From positions 2,502 through 66,501 of the forward strand of contig CAZSRA010000005.1 of NCBI GenBank assembly GCA_964609585.1: 64,000 nucleotides of DNA, given 5' to 3'. This document shows positions 28,985 through 41,218 of the stretch, one piece after another. A program made the position numbers and the translations under genes. The notes below the pieces were generated by a model, which did no database searches, was not told the DNA's origin, and was given only the letters and a program-made list of their open reading frames with translations. Position 1 is the first letter of the stretch. Each line of letters opens with the position of its first letter. This DNA comes from an uncultured Candidatus Saccharimonadales bacterium. Its GTDB lineage: Bacteria > Patescibacteriota > Saccharimonadia > UBA4664.

Positions 28985-31822
28985 TTATTTTTGTGGCCTA
29001 GTGGCTTTTTCGAAAATACGCTTGAGGTAGCGGCCGGTGTGGCTGCCTTCAATGCCGGCGATGCGCTCGGGCGAGCCGATGCCGAGCACAGTGCCGCCAC
29101 CAGCACCACCTTCGGGGCCCATGTCGATGAGCCAGTCGGAGCTTTTGATGACGTCGAGGTTGTGTTCAATGACGAGCACGGAGTTGCCGGTGTCGACGAG
29201 AGCGTTGAGGACGGCCAGCAGGCGGTTGACGTCTTCGAAGTGGAGGCCAGTGGTGGGCTCATCGAGAATGTAGAGGGTTTTGCCGGTGGAGCGGCGAGCC
29301 AGCTCGGTGGCGAGTTTGATACGTTGAGCTTCGCCGCCGGAGAAGGTGGTGGCGGATTGGCCGAGATGGATGTAGCCGAGGCCGACTTGGTTTAAGGTAT
29401 CGAATTTGCGGCGGATGGGCGGGATGTTTTCGAAGAATGTGACTGCTTCTTCGACCGTCATGTCGAGAACTTCGGAGATGTTTTTGCCTTTGTAGTGAAT
29501 TTCGAGGGCCTCGCGGTTGTAGCGGCGACCTTTGCATTCTTCGCAGGTTACGTACACATCGGGCAGGAAATGCATCTCGATTTTGATGATGCCGTCACCC
29601 CGGCAGAGTTCGCAGCGGCCACCTTTGACATTGAAGGAGAAGCGGCCGGCTTTGTAGCCGCGGATTTTGGCTTCGGGGGTTTGAGCAAAGAGCTCGCGGA
29701 TGTCGCCGAAGACGCCGGTGTAGGTGGCAGGGTTTGAGCGCGGCGTGCGACCGATAGGGCTTTGGTCGACGGAGATGACTTTGTCGAGATTTTTGAGGCC
29801 TACGATTTCGTCGTGTTTGCCCGGTAGATCGCCGGCGCGGTGATAGACTTGGGCTAATTTTTTGGCGAGGATGTCGTTGACGAGACTTGATTTGCCCGAG
29901 CCGGACACGCCGGTGACGGATACGAGCATGCCGAGAGGGATTTCCACATCGACGCCTTTGAGATTGTGCTCGCGGGCGTTTTTGACAGTGATGGATTTGT
30001 GGTTGCCGGGGCGACGTTTTTTCGGTATTTTGATGGATTTTGCGCCGGAGAGGTACTGGCCGGTGAGGCTTTCGGGTACGGCTTCGACCTGAGCTGGAGT
30101 GCCGGCCGCCACAATGTGCCCACCGTGCTCGCCGGCGAGGGGGCCGACGTCGATGACGTAGTCGGCCATGCGAATGGTATCTTCATCGTGCTCCACGACG
30201 ATGACGGTGTTGCCGAGGTCGCGCAGGCGCACGAGGGTGGCGATGAGGCGGTCGTTATCGCGCTGGTGAAGGCCGATGCTGGGCTCGTCGAGAATATAGA
30301 GCACGCCCATGAGACTGGAGCCGATTTGGGTTGCCAGGCGAATGCGTTGAGCTTCACCTCCGGCGAGGGTGTTGGCACTGCGGTCGAGGGTGAGGTAATT
30401 GAGACCAACATCGCGCAAGAAGCTCAGTCGTGCACTGATTTCTTTGAGGATTTGGGTGGCGATTTGAGCCTCGCGGGCCCCTAGCTCGAGGTTTTCGAAC
30501 ATGCTAGCAGCCTCGCCGATGGAGAGGGTGGTGAGGTCCACAATGGATTTACCGCCAACGGTGACGGCCAGAATTTCGGGTTTGAGTCGTTTGCCGTGAC
30601 ACACGGGGCATTCACGCTCAGTCATGTATTTTTCGATGTCTTTGCGCACAAATTCGGAATCGGTTTCGTGGTAACGGCGCTCCATGTTGGGTATGACACC
30701 TTCGAAATTGGTGTGATAGGTGCGGCCGGCTGGTCCGCGCATGGAGATTTCGGTGTCGCCGGAGCCGTAGAGGATGATGCGTAGGTCGGCGGGCTTCATT
30801 TCGATTACGGGGGTGTCGAGCGAGAAGCCGTAGGTTTTGGCCACGCCTTCGAGGAGTTTGGTGTACCAATTCATGCGCGTAGTGGTTTTGGCCCAAGGGC
30901 GAATGGCTCCTTCAGCCAGGGTGAGGCGGCGATTGGGAATGACGGCTTCGGGGTCCACTTCGAGGCGGGTACCGAGGCCGGTACAGTGCGGGCAGGCACC
31001 GTGGGGTGAGTTGAACGAGAAGTTGCGGGGGGCGATGTCGGGGAGGTTGACCTCGCGGTGGACGGGGCAGGCGTAATGCTCGGAGAAGACCTGCTCTTTG
31101 GCGTCGTCGGGGGTGAGCATTTTAATGATGCCGTCGCTCAGTGCAAGCCCTTGTTCGAGGCTTTCGGTGAGGCGCTGGCGGATGTCGGGGCTGACGGCCA
31201 GACGATCGACCACGGCTTCGAGGGTGTGCTTTTTTTGCTTGTCGAGGTCGGGGAAATCGTCGATGTCGATGATGGTACCGTCGACGCGCAAGCGGGTGTA
31301 GCCAGCTTTGCGGAGTTCAACAGCCACATTGCGGTGCTCGCCTTTTTTGTCGTCGATGACGGGGGCGAGCAGCATGATGCGGGTGTTTTCGGGGAGTTCC
31401 ATAATTTGGTCCACGATTTGGCCCGAGGTTTGGCGCAAGACTTCGCGCCCGCAAATGGGGCAATGTGGGATACCAACGCGAGCGTAGAGCAAGCGCAAAT
31501 AGTCGTAGATTTCGGTGACGGTGCCAACGGTGGAGCGAGGGTTGCGGGAACTGGATTTTTGATCGATGGAAATGGCCGGCGAGAGGCCGTCGATTTGGTC
31601 GACGTCGGGCTTTTCCATGAGGCCAAGGAATTGGCGGGCGTAGGCGGAAAGCGATTCCACATAACGACGCTGCCCTTCGGCGTAGATGGTGTCGAAGGCG
31701 AGGGATGATTTGCCGGAGCCAGATAGCCCGGTAATAACTACGAGTTGGTCGCGCGGAATTTCGACGTCGACGTTTTTGAGGTTGTGCTCGCGGGCGCCGC
31801 GAACCACGATTTTGTCGGTCAT
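28985..31822 (-). CDS. uvrA: Excinuclease ABC subunit A
   Basis: GAREHNLK, two Walker A motifs (GSGKSS), zinc fingers, LDEP; true start MTDKIVVRG at 31822. Confidence 0.98.
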   Translation of the reverse strand: MTDKIVVRGAREHNLKNVDVEIPRDQLVVITGLSGSGKSSLAFDTIYAEGQRRYVESLSAYARQFLGLMEKPDVDQIDGLSPAISIDQKSSSRNPRSTVGTVTEIYDYLRLLYARVGIPHCPICGREVLRQTSGQIVDQIMELPENTRIMLLAPVIDDKKGEHRNVAVELRKAGYTRLRVDGTIIDIDDFPDLDKQKKHTLEAVVDRLAVSPDIRQRLTESLEQGLALSDGIIKMLTPDDAKEQVFSEHYACPVHREVNLPDIAPRNFSFNSPHGACPHCTGLGTRLEVDPEAVIPNRRLTLAEGAIRPWAKTTTRMNWYTKLLEGVAKTYGFSLDTPVIEMKPADLRIILYGSGDTEISMRGPAGRTYHTNFEGVIPNMERRYHETDSEFVRKDIEKYMTERECPVCHGKRLKPEILAVTVGGKSIVDLTTLSIGEAASMFENLELGAREAQIATQILKEISARLSFLRDVGLNYLTLDRSANTLAGGEAQRIRLATQIGSSLMGVLYILDEPSIGLHQRDNDRLIATLVRLRDLGNTVIVVEHDEDTIRMADYVIDVGPLAGEHGGHIVAAGTPAQVEAVPESLTGQYLSGAKSIKIPKKRRPGNHKSITVKNAREHNLKGVDVEIPLGMLVSVTGVSGSGKSSLVNDILAKKLAQVYHRAGDLPGKHDEIVGLKNLDKVISVDQSPIGRTPRSNPATYTGVFGDIRELFAQTPEAKIRGYKAGRFSFNVKGGRCELCRGDGIIKIEMHFLPDVYVTCEECKGRRYNREALEIHYKGKNISEVLDMTVEEAVTFFENIPPIRRKFDTLNQVGLGYIHLGQSATTFSGGEAQRIKLATELARRSTGKTLYILDEPTTGLHFEDVNRLLAVLNALVDTGNSVLVIEHNLDVIKSSDWLIDMGPEGGAGGGTVLGIGSPERIAGIEGSHTGRYLKRIFEKATRPQK

Positions 31823-32022
31823 ACCACCTTTCGCCGGCTTCGAAAACAACACACTGGGCCGGTCATTACGGAGTGGAATTGTACAGGAATTTGGGGGATT
31901 TGGCAAACCATTAGGGGCGTGCATTTTAAAATCGAAAAGCCCCGCGCCCGCCAGCTGGATTGCTGGAGGCACGGGGCGTCCCGTTGATACTTGGAGGTAC
32001 GGCTCGGCTGGCTCGGGGCCGT

Positions 32023-32874
32023 TCAGCCCATGGGCTTGAACTCGCTGAGCGCCTTCAGCTGGCGGACGGCCGAGTTGATTCGCTCGGCCCACAGCCGCGG
32101 CTGGTCGGCGAAGGAGTTGTGGTAGGCGCCGGGCACATACCGTTGCTTCAGGAAGTTCTTGCCGTAGATCCGACACAGGAGCCGCTCGGCGACCCGGCTG
32201 CGCAGGAACCGGTCGTTCCCGTACTCGCAGAAGAGCAGGATGGTCGTGGTGGTGCGCTGGCGAGCGGAGAGGCCGGAGCGGCGGCCGAAGTTGAGCAAGC
32301 AGAGGATCTGAGCTCGCCGGGTCTTGGGATCGACGTCCCCCATGAACTCGACGTGGCGGGCGGAGATCTGCTTGGCCTCTTCTTCCACCACGGGAGCCGG
32401 ACCGGTGACTAGCTTCCACTTCCAGAACGACCGGGGAAGCAAGAAGGTGGCCGGCACTCCGAGGCACAGGACGCCGTGCGGGATGAGCTTGAGGCTCCGA
32501 GCCTTCACCATCGGGTCGATGTAGACGTTGCCGATGAGCTCGACCGACTGGTAGTGCTCGGGATCGTCAGCCAGGCAGTCTTCGACCGCGGTGATTACCC
32601 CGGCGCCCATGGAGGCGCCGATGACGATGAGCCGCCGGTAGTCGTTGGCCTTGGCGTAGTCGAGGATTGCCCTCGCTTCGGCCTCCAAACTGTGGCCACC
32701 GGTGCCGTGGTTGACGGCGACCCAGTCACCACACGGGTCGAGTCCAACCCCCTCGAGTGCTTCGCGCACGATCTCGCCAGAGTTGGCGATCCCGACGGCG
32801 ACCGCGACGAGAAGGTTGGTTTCACCCGTGGGCCGAGGCCCCGTGATGAACGGAGCGATTTCCATGAGAGCCAA
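32023..32874 (-). CDS. Alpha/beta-hydrolase-like protein (cassette gene)
   Basis: IVIGASMGA nucleophile elbow, NDRF, VPGAYHN; AGGAGG SD; start TTG 32874 or ATG 32865. Confidence 0.7.
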   Translation of the reverse strand: MALMEIAPFITGPRPTGETNLLVAVAVGIANSGEIVREALEGVGLDPCGDWVAVNHGTGGHSLEAEARAILDYAKANDYRRLIVIGASMGAGVITAVEDCLADDPEHYQSVELIGNVYIDPMVKARSLKLIPHGVLCLGVPATFLLPRSFWKWKLVTGPAPVVEEEAKQISARHVEFMGDVDPKTRRAQILCLLNFGRRSGLSARQRTTTTILLFCEYGNDRFLRSRVAERLLCRIYGKNFLKQRYVPGAYHNSFADQPRLWAERINSAVRQLKALSEFKPMG

Positions 32875-32919
32875 AGCCCTCACCTCCTAGGGTAGAATCA
32901 ACGTACTTGGGACTTGTAT

Positions 32920-32948
32920 ATTATATCATGAAAACTATAAAAATGCAA
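32920..32948 (-). promoter_or_regulatory. Sigma70-type promoter
   Basis: TTGCAT-17 bp-TATAAT with TG extension. Confidence 0.75.
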
Positions 32949-33056
32949 AATATTACCCCAAAGAAAAGGCCCGGCGGCGTGCCGGGCGGACGCGAAGTTT
33001 TTGGGAGTTGGTAGGTAGCCTTCGAAACCTTTTGTGATGTTACCGTGACCCGTGGC

Positions 33057-33800
33057 CTACCAGAGATGCAAGGGCCACCTGACGTCGGCGTCGAGCCAGT
33101 GCAAACTGAGGTACCAGGAGCTCGAAACGGGGAGTCCCGTCCGGACCTGGTCCACCACGAGGAGTCCTCCGTAGACGGCGAGCATACAGGCCATCAGGAC
33201 GACGATGCGCGTGGGCACGGTCGGAGGGATGTTTGCCTCGGAGGCGCGCCCGACGGCCGTCAGGTTCGTCACCTTCGGGCGCAACCAGTTGTCCATGAGG
33301 GGGACGACGACGTTGAGGACCGTGCCGCCAATCGCCGGGATGATCCCGAGGTTGTGGGCCAGCGACGTGGGCGAGGAGTGCAGGCGCACGTCCAAGTCCG
33401 GCGAGTTGCCGTTGGTGGGCCCGCCGCTCAGGTGGAACCCGATACCGGCGATGAGACCGATGGTGTAGCAGCCGACGTTCCACTTCCAGCCGACGTAGCG
33501 CGTGTCGTTGAACACGCCGCCGATGCGCTCCCAGCCCCAGGCTGCGAAGCTCAGGAGAAGCGGCAGCACGATGGCGTCGCCTAGGACGGCCGCGTAGCTG
33601 ATGTTTCGCCAGCCGAAGCTGTTTGGCTGCATGTGCTGGCAAGCCATCCAGACGTAGGCGATTGCCATGGGGCTGACCACGATGATCCACAGCGGTGCCC
33701 CGACCCTCCGACCGGCCTTTACAGCCGGCATCAGGTTTGCGTACCCGCCCAGACCGAAAAGCACGGCCATGATGGCGAACAAGCGGTCGTCGATTTGCAT
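33057..33800 (-). CDS. Hypothetical multi-pass membrane protein (cassette gene)
   Basis: About 6 TM; GAAAGG SD; TTGCGA-17-TATAAT at 33853-33881. Confidence 0.72.
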   Translation of the reverse strand: MQIDDRLFAIMAVLFGLGGYANLMPAVKAGRRVGAPLWIIVVSPMAIAYVWMACQHMQPNSFGWRNISYAAVLGDAIVLPLLLSFAAWGWERIGGVFNDTRYVGWKWNVGCYTIGLIAGIGFHLSGGPTNGNSPDLDVRLHSSPTSLAHNLGIIPAIGGTVLNVVVPLMDNWLRPKVTNLTAVGRASEANIPPTVPTRIVVLMACMLAVYGGLLVVDQVRTGLPVSSSWYLSLHWLDADVRWPLHLW

Positions 33801-34073
33801 GTAACTCACCTTTCGTGAGTCGTCTACCCGAGGAACTTCCTCAAGCTTTTATATTATAACATTTATCTTTCAAATTCGCAACTTAATCCATGTGACTGAT
33901 ACCTACTTATTTGGTTGAGACTTATGCAATTCACCCCTAACCACAAGTGCCGCCACCTCGTCATGCAGCATAAACTCAGTTCCAGCAAGCTGGGTGAAGG
34001 CGGCGTACGGGGTTAAACTTTCGCCTTCGATCTGCGCTTTTTTCACTCTGGCTTGAACTTCTCTAGAGTCGGA

Positions 34074-34538
34074 TCAATTGTGTAATGGAGCTGGTAGCGG
34101 CGATACCGGATATGGAACATTAACCCGGTAGGTGAAGCATTGATAGCCTTTGGTGTGGGTAGCGGTATTGGGTGAGGCGCCGATTACGATGTTGGGACGG
34201 GCGGTAGCTTGACCGTCGGTTAAGAAGGTGGCACAAAGCTGATATTGGCCAAACAAGGACGGCTTATAATCATAATTTGCGAGTCTTTTTTTAACGCCGC
34301 TGGTGAGGCCGGATAGCTCGGAGAGGCTAGCGGGTAGGGTTGCTGCGCCCGATAAGCCATTTCTGGCTTCGACATCAACAGCCTGGCTGATAGCCGTAAA
34401 ATCTGATTCGATCGTGGCGTCGTGGGCGGGTCCTTGGCGGAGGGCGAAGTTCGTTGCGATAGCGCCAGCACAAAACACGCCAAGCACTAGTACTGTGATT
34501 TGGTAGCGTTGAAGGGGTTTAAGCGTCTTGGTGCTCAT
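34074..34538 (-). CDS. Membrane-anchored pilin-like/DUF5671-associated protein
   Basis: N-terminal TM, LPASLSEL, YDYKP...YQLCATF pattern; overlaps upstream DUF5671 gene. Confidence 0.6.
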   Translation of the reverse strand: MSTKTLKPLQRYQITVLVLGVFCAGAIATNFALRQGPAHDATIESDFTAISQAVDVEARNGLSGAATLPASLSELSGLTSGVKKRLANYDYKPSLFGQYQLCATFLTDGQATARPNIVIGASPNTATHTKGYQCFTYRVNVPYPVSPLPAPLHN

Positions 34539-35217
34539 CGCGCCAATAGTAGAGAAATATACCGCCGGCTATGGCGAGCGTGATGGCTAGATGGACAAAA
34601 TTGCCGAGGATGCTGCTGGACGCAGGGCTACCGAAAGCGTTATAGGAGGGTGCCGTACTGGTTGGGCTCGATATGAGGCTGTAAACGAAATTAATGACAT
34701 TGCCGAGGCCGACTATAAACGTAACGATGAGTGTGAGCTGGATGCTTTTTTTGCGCGAAGGATCGCGACGAAGACGGTCATCGCTAAGCTCGGCTTTTTT
34801 GAGACGAAGGAAAAGGTAGGCCAGAATGGGAAAGCTCACGATTAGGGCAGATGAGGCGATGGATGTAGGGCCTGTAGAGTCAAGAAGTGAGCCATCGGAA
34901 CCAAAGAGCGTGTTGACACTGGAGTGCAAAATGGAGCCCAGCGAAGTAGCCGCTACGGCAAGCGCAATGAACATGATGATGTACTCCAGACCCCGGGTAG
35001 AGAAGTTTTGGACGACAGCGTGCGGCAATACTTGGGGATCGTGATTCTGTGCGGACGGAGGCGGCGGGACGGGTAGATCGTCGTCCTGACCTTTGAGGCC
35101 TGCAGCGACCATTTTTCTGTCCCAGCCAGCGGCCAAGAGATCGGCTTTAATTTGGTTGTCTGAATGGCCTTTTTCTCGAGCGGCGGCGATGTACTCAACG
35201 AGAGACTGATGCGGCAC
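34519..35217 (-). CDS. DUF5671-like membrane protein
   Basis: LEYIIMFIAL, SALIVSFPILAYL, IAGGIFLYYW; N-terminal 'IKADLLAAGW' small helical domain. Confidence 0.7.
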   Translation of the reverse strand: MPHQSLVEYIAAAREKGHSDNQIKADLLAAGWDRKMVAAGLKGQDDDLPVPPPPSAQNHDPQVLPHAVVQNFSTRGLEYIIMFIALAVAATSLGSILHSSVNTLFGSDGSLLDSTGPTSIASSALIVSFPILAYLFLRLKKAELSDDRLRRDPSRKKSIQLTLIVTFIVGLGNVINFVYSLISSPTSTAPSYNAFGSPASSSILGNFVHLAITLAIAGGIFLYYWRDEHQDA

Positions 35218-35276
35218 GAAGGGTTCTCCGTAAATGCTTTTGGTTTATTGTGGGCCCAGGCGATGCGCGTGTCAAA

Positions 35277-35468
35277 TTAGCGGGCGCGGTAGAGATCGGC
35301 TTCGGCGTCTGCCTGAGCTTGTTCGGCTTGCTGCTGCTCAGTGCGCAAATTATCGGCGGCAGTTCTGGTATCGGCAGCTCGGGTATCGAGGTCGTCGGCC
35401 TGTGAGCGAAGGTCGCCGGCTTGGCGTTCGAGATCGTCAGCAGTTCGTTCCATGTCGTTTGGGTCCAT
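35277..35468 (-). CDS. Small acidic coiled-coil protein with 7-aa repeats
   Basis: 63 aa, repeats MERTADD/LERQAGD/LRSQADD/LDTRAAD/TRTAADN; GGAGG SD. Confidence 0.7.
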   Translation of the reverse strand: MDPNDMERTADDLERQAGDLRSQADDLDTRAADTRTAADNLRTEQQQAEQAQADAEADLYRAR

Positions 35469-35606
35469 AGGATGCCCTCCGTTTTTGATATATGGGTATA
35501 TTACCGAGAGGGGGGCAGCTTAGCTTCGTCGGTGGTGAGCAAAAAGGTGTTGGTAACGAGCGGTTTTTTGGAATTTCTCCTAAAAAACAGCGCTAGAGAC
35601 GCGAAA

Positions 35607-35646
35607 ACCGCCGGGTCCCTTGGACGGACCCGACGGCATCGAACCG
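35607..35646. repeat. 40-bp hairpin element, copy 1
   Basis: ACCGCCGGGTCCCTTGGACGGACCCGACGG..TCGAACCG immediately 3' of gene 35650..36111. Confidence 0.8.
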
Positions 35647-35649
35647 TAT

Positions 35650-36111
35650 CTACTGTTCATCCCTCCTGAGAATGGCGAGCCCGGCGTAGACTCCGATGAT
35701 AGAGCCGAGGTATGCCGCGGCCGTGACCACGAACCTGGTCTGGTCCTGCGAAGACAGCTTGTGGAACTCGGCGCCCACAAGCAAGCCTTCGGCCCACTGC
35801 CAGACGATGGCTAGGCCGATTGCCAACGCAACGACGAAGCCGTTGAGGCGGGACAGGCTACTGTCATCGATCTTGGCCGCAATGAAACGGCAGGGCAGAG
35901 CAGTGGCGCAACCCAGTAGGGCCGGGGCCGCCAGCCACACCGGCGGGAGGTCGCCTTTGAACCAGTTGGCGAACCAATTGGCAATTCCGGCGGCCACGAG
36001 GATCGCGAAGATCAGGCTGATGTTCCAGAAGCGCAGGGGCAGGAATCGGTCGATGCGAGCAACCAAGCTATCGGACGAGCGCCGGACGGGGGTGGCGATG
36101 GTGGCAGACAT
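35650..36111 (-). CDS. Hypothetical 4-TM membrane protein (cassette gene)
   Basis: GGAG SD; TTGCAT-17-TATAAT at 36194-36222. Confidence 0.72.
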   Translation of the reverse strand: MSATIATPVRRSSDSLVARIDRFLPLRFWNISLIFAILVAAGIANWFANWFKGDLPPVWLAAPALLGCATALPCRFIAAKIDDSSLSRLNGFVVALAIGLAIVWQWAEGLLVGAEFHKLSSQDQTRFVVTAAAYLGSIIGVYAGLAILRRDEQ

Positions 36112-36318
36112 GGGGAGCTCCAGAGCACGAGGAGGTATGAGTGATATGTGAATGGTTCGGCATCCCGCAAATATTGAGCGTGATGGTTTATGTATTATAT
36201 AATACTTATGCTAAAAATGCAAATTTAATGTCCAAATGAGAGTTAGGGCAGCAAAATCTGGAATACAAAAAAACAGCCTAAGCTGTTCTGGCGATTCATT
36301 AGAATTTAAAAGCGGCTT

Positions 36319-36358
36319 ACCGCCGGGCCCCTTGGACGGGCCCGGCGGTCTCGAACCG
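36319..36358. repeat. 40-bp hairpin element, copy 2
   Basis: ACCGCCGGGCCCCTTGGACGGGCCCGGCGG..TCGAACCG immediately 3' of gene 36364..36771. Confidence 0.8.
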
Positions 36359-36363
36359 ATGCT

Positions 36364-36771
36364 TCACTCGTCACTGGTGACGATCTTGTAGGAGAGGAGG
36401 TAGTTGAGGCCGGCGGCGATCAGGAAGATCACGACGGCCCAGGTCAGAGTGGGGTGCGATGACATGTAGTCCCCGAAGCTCTTGTTCGTGTATTCGATGT
36501 TGGCTTTCTTTCTGCCGGCTGGCACCGCCAACGCGAGGGCGACACCAACGACCAGCGTGAAGACGAAGCCGAGCATGTAGGAAACCTGGTATCCGCCGAC
36601 GGTCTCGTGGAAGAGCGCGAACCCGCCGAGTCCGCCGACGGCCCCGAGGAACGCGGCCATGGCGATAGGGGGAATGGCGTGCCCGCCGATGCTTGCGGCC
36701 AGCATGGCTGCGACGACGATGCGGGCGATCACCAGGATCAGTTGCACCTTGGCTACCTTGCTCAATCCCAT
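36364..36771 (-). CDS. Hypothetical 4-TM membrane protein (cassette gene)
   Basis: GGGAGG SD; TTGCAT-17-TATAAT at 36843-36871. Confidence 0.75.
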   Translation of the reverse strand: MGLSKVAKVQLILVIARIVVAAMLAASIGGHAIPPIAMAAFLGAVGGLGGFALFHETVGGYQVSYMLGFVFTLVVGVALALAVPAGRKKANIEYTNKSFGDYMSSHPTLTWAVVIFLIAAGLNYLLSYKIVTSDE

Positions 36772-36960
36772 GGGGTCCTCCCGGACAAAGTGATGAATTG
36801 TGGTGGTTCGGCATCGGCCTCGTGTGAGTACGATGTTTTACTATTATATAATGTATTTATAATAAATGCAAATAAATATTGTCTTCGATCTCGAACTGGG
36901 CTTTGGCTTTTTAGAGCTTCGGTCCTATAATCCTAAACATAATGGGAATGGAGAGTTAGA

Positions 36961-37784
36961 ATGCCAGAACATGGACCCGGAGGTGATCAAGAGCCAGCGA
37001 TGCATGGACGACCAGTCGATGTGTCGGGTGAGCTTAGCGACTTGGCAAAAGCGAAGATCGTAGATAGGACGAATTTATTCACAGCAGTGGCTGGGGCGGC
37101 CGCTCGCGAGTTAGATCGGCACAACGACCAGACTCATGCCGAACAAGGCTCTAGGGTCGATTCCGCGCGAGCCGATCTCGAAGCAGTACATGCTGGAAAG
37201 AGTCGCAGAGATGGTGCGACACCCGAAATGCCCGAAAGCCCCTTCGTCACCGATAAGGACGGGGTCATCTTAGATGTGCCGTCGCTCAGGGCGGTCGGCA
37301 AACAAGATCTTGCAAAACCCACTGAAGAGCCCGGCTTTACAGGAGTTCGAAACGGGCTTACCTACGAAAATGGCGTTATCACTGACATAGGGGTGAACCT
37401 CCCGCCGGTGCCACAGCCCGAACAGCCCGTTTTACCTAGAATTGAAGGGGTTGAATATGACGAGAAGGGTCTTATTACAGGCTTCAAAAAAAGCCCCGAA
37501 CGAGGAGACAGTACACAACCGACTCCACCTTCAATGCCTAAATCGGAGGGAGCAGGCGTACCGACTGAAACGGCTGATATGCCAGCTGCTGTGACCCATG
37601 GACCAATGGTTGGCGTTGAAGGAGCTCTTTCTGGTGTGACACGTCCTGCAGAAGATCAGCCGCAGCAAGCTTCGACCGTTGTCGAAACAACAAGTGCCCC
37701 AGAAGGCGCTCCAGCCAAAAAGCGACTGCGCGATAGACTACCGGGTCGAGCTAAACGGATTCTTGGTTTGGACGGTAAGCATGT

Positions 37785-37788
<4 letters not shown>
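36961..37788 (+). CDS. Pro/Glu-rich low-complexity protein with three short internal repeats
   Basis: 275 aa; GGAG SD; stop overlaps the uvrB stop convergently. Confidence 0.65.
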
Positions 37789-39785
<1,997 letters not shown>

Positions 39786-39914
39786 GAGCTTTAGTATAGC
39801 AGATAGTTGACTTATATGGGGTTTTTATGCATAGTTTTTAAACGTCTTGTTGGGCGTCCGCTCAAAACAATGAGCAACCAGCATGGCTCGATCTTTGGAT
39901 TGGAGCGGATTGAC

Positions 39915-40550
39915 ATGAAACGTAGAGGTAAGGCCCTCTGGACCGTAGCACTAGGAGCGGCCATAGGTGCCGGACTCATGAGTGTCATTATGAGTCCGAG
40001 CAGCGACTCGGCGCGGCCGACGACTAAGCCGGCGGCGGCTTCAACGTCGAACCTCACCGCAAGCGGCTCGCAGCTGAGCCCCTCCTCGTCGGCGACTACG
40101 AGGCCGAACGCCTCTGTGTGCCCCACGAGTTCGGTGCCGGCAACTACGACCGGGCCTGCCCCGGAGCTGAGTGTTCAGCTGGGGTCGGCCGGTTACACCT
40201 TGGTGATGACCGACGACACCTGGTGGACCTGGAAGAACACCTGTGACCCGCAGGCGCCCATCATCAAGATCAAGCGGCTGAAGCCGCTGATCGATCGACT
40301 GAGCAACACCGAGGGCTCCAGTATCGGAACCTTCTGGTGCAGCGAGTCCTTGAGTGCCACGCGATCGATCCCTCGAATGGTGACCGACTACAAGGCCGCC
40401 TATGAGGCGACCAAGGGCGGTTCGCTGATCCCCGACACACGCCAGATGCCCCGCGTGCCCGACGAGGATCCCAACGTTCAGTTCTACGCAGCCTGGGTCA
40501 AAGTGCCATCCGGCATTATGGCATGCTACAGCGGGCGGGCGCCCGCCTAA
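39915..40550 (+). CDS. Hypothetical exported/anchored protein with Ser/Thr/Pro linker and four Cys (cassette gene)
   Basis: MKRRGK plus hydrophobic helix; GGAG SD; TTGACT-17-CATAGT at 39807-39835. Confidence 0.72.
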   Translation: MKRRGKALWTVALGAAIGAGLMSVIMSPSSDSARPTTKPAAASTSNLTASGSQLSPSSSATTRPNASVCPTSSVPATTTGPAPELSVQLGSAGYTLVMTDDTWWTWKNTCDPQAPIIKIKRLKPLIDRLSNTEGSSIGTFWCSESLSATRSIPRMVTDYKAAYEATKGGSLIPDTRQMPRVPDEDPNVQFYAAWVKVPSGIMACYSGRAPA

Positions 40551-40663
40551 GCTCTCCACGACTCCGGCAGTGTGCCGATCGACCCTCCTAGGAGGGGGCC
40601 AGCCCCTAGCGAACAGAGCCCCTTAGCGCTTTATTTGCCGGGGGCTCTGTTCGTTTCATTGGT

Positions 40664-41200
40664 CTATTCGTGCATGCCGTGAAGGCGGCGGAATTCTTCT
40701 TTGTGGCCGAGCAAGCGGTCGGCGACGAGCTGAGGATGATGGACGGTGCGGAAGATGAAGTTTTCACTCGTACCGGCGGTTTGGATTTCGATATCGCCAT
40801 AATCGAGGATGGTGCCAAAAACACCCTTGCGCCCACCTTTCACATCTTCAATATTGCCAAGGCTGAGTTCGGCGGTTTGGCGAGCAAAGAGGCCGCTTTG
40901 TTGGACTTTAATGAGGTGCATGTTGGTAACAAGAAGGTAGTTGTGCTGAAAAACGAAGATGGCCGATAGGATAATGAGCACTGCGATAACCATAAGCGCA
41001 GCTGCCAGAGCGAAAACAAGATTGGGCGGCAAAAAGGCGAGCTGGCCGCCAGGCACGCTCAGTCGCGCATAGACGCCAAGGTAGGCTATAACGACAACCG
41101 CAATGAGAATGCTAATGATGATGGGCCAAACGAAAACCGTGAAATAACGGTTGATCCGCTCTGTAATGGTTTCACCGGGGTCAAGGATAAAATCGGCCAT
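40664..41200 (-). CDS. Bacterial PH-domain (bPH_2) membrane protein
   Basis: LDPGE, VTNMHLI, LDYGDIEIQTAG, FRTVHHP. Confidence 0.85.
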   Translation of the reverse strand: MADFILDPGETITERINRYFTVFVWPIIISILIAVVVIAYLGVYARLSVPGGQLAFLPPNLVFALAAALMVIAVLIILSAIFVFQHNYLLVTNMHLIKVQQSGLFARQTAELSLGNIEDVKGGRKGVFGTILDYGDIEIQTAGTSENFIFRTVHHPQLVADRLLGHKEEFRRLHGMHE

Positions 41201-41218
41201 GCGGATCTCCTGCTAGTG

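Noticed and set aside
31823-32467. 215-aa N-terminal extension of UvrA in the ORF track
   Set aside because: It overlaps the hydrolase cassette in another frame; canonical UvrA begins at MTDKIVVRG (31822)
33903-34538. TGA read-through implying genetic code 25
   Set aside because: TGA acts as a normal stop in conserved genes here (fba, pepP, kinase) and no conserved gene is interrupted by TGA
35277-35468. 63-aa acidic protein as a possible Pup
   Set aside because: Similar size but ends LYRAR, with no GGE/GGQ
35607-36358. Repeated hairpins as integron attC sites or CRISPR repeats
   Set aside because: No RYYYAAC/GTTRRRY cores, no integrase or cas genes, only two copies about 700 bp apart
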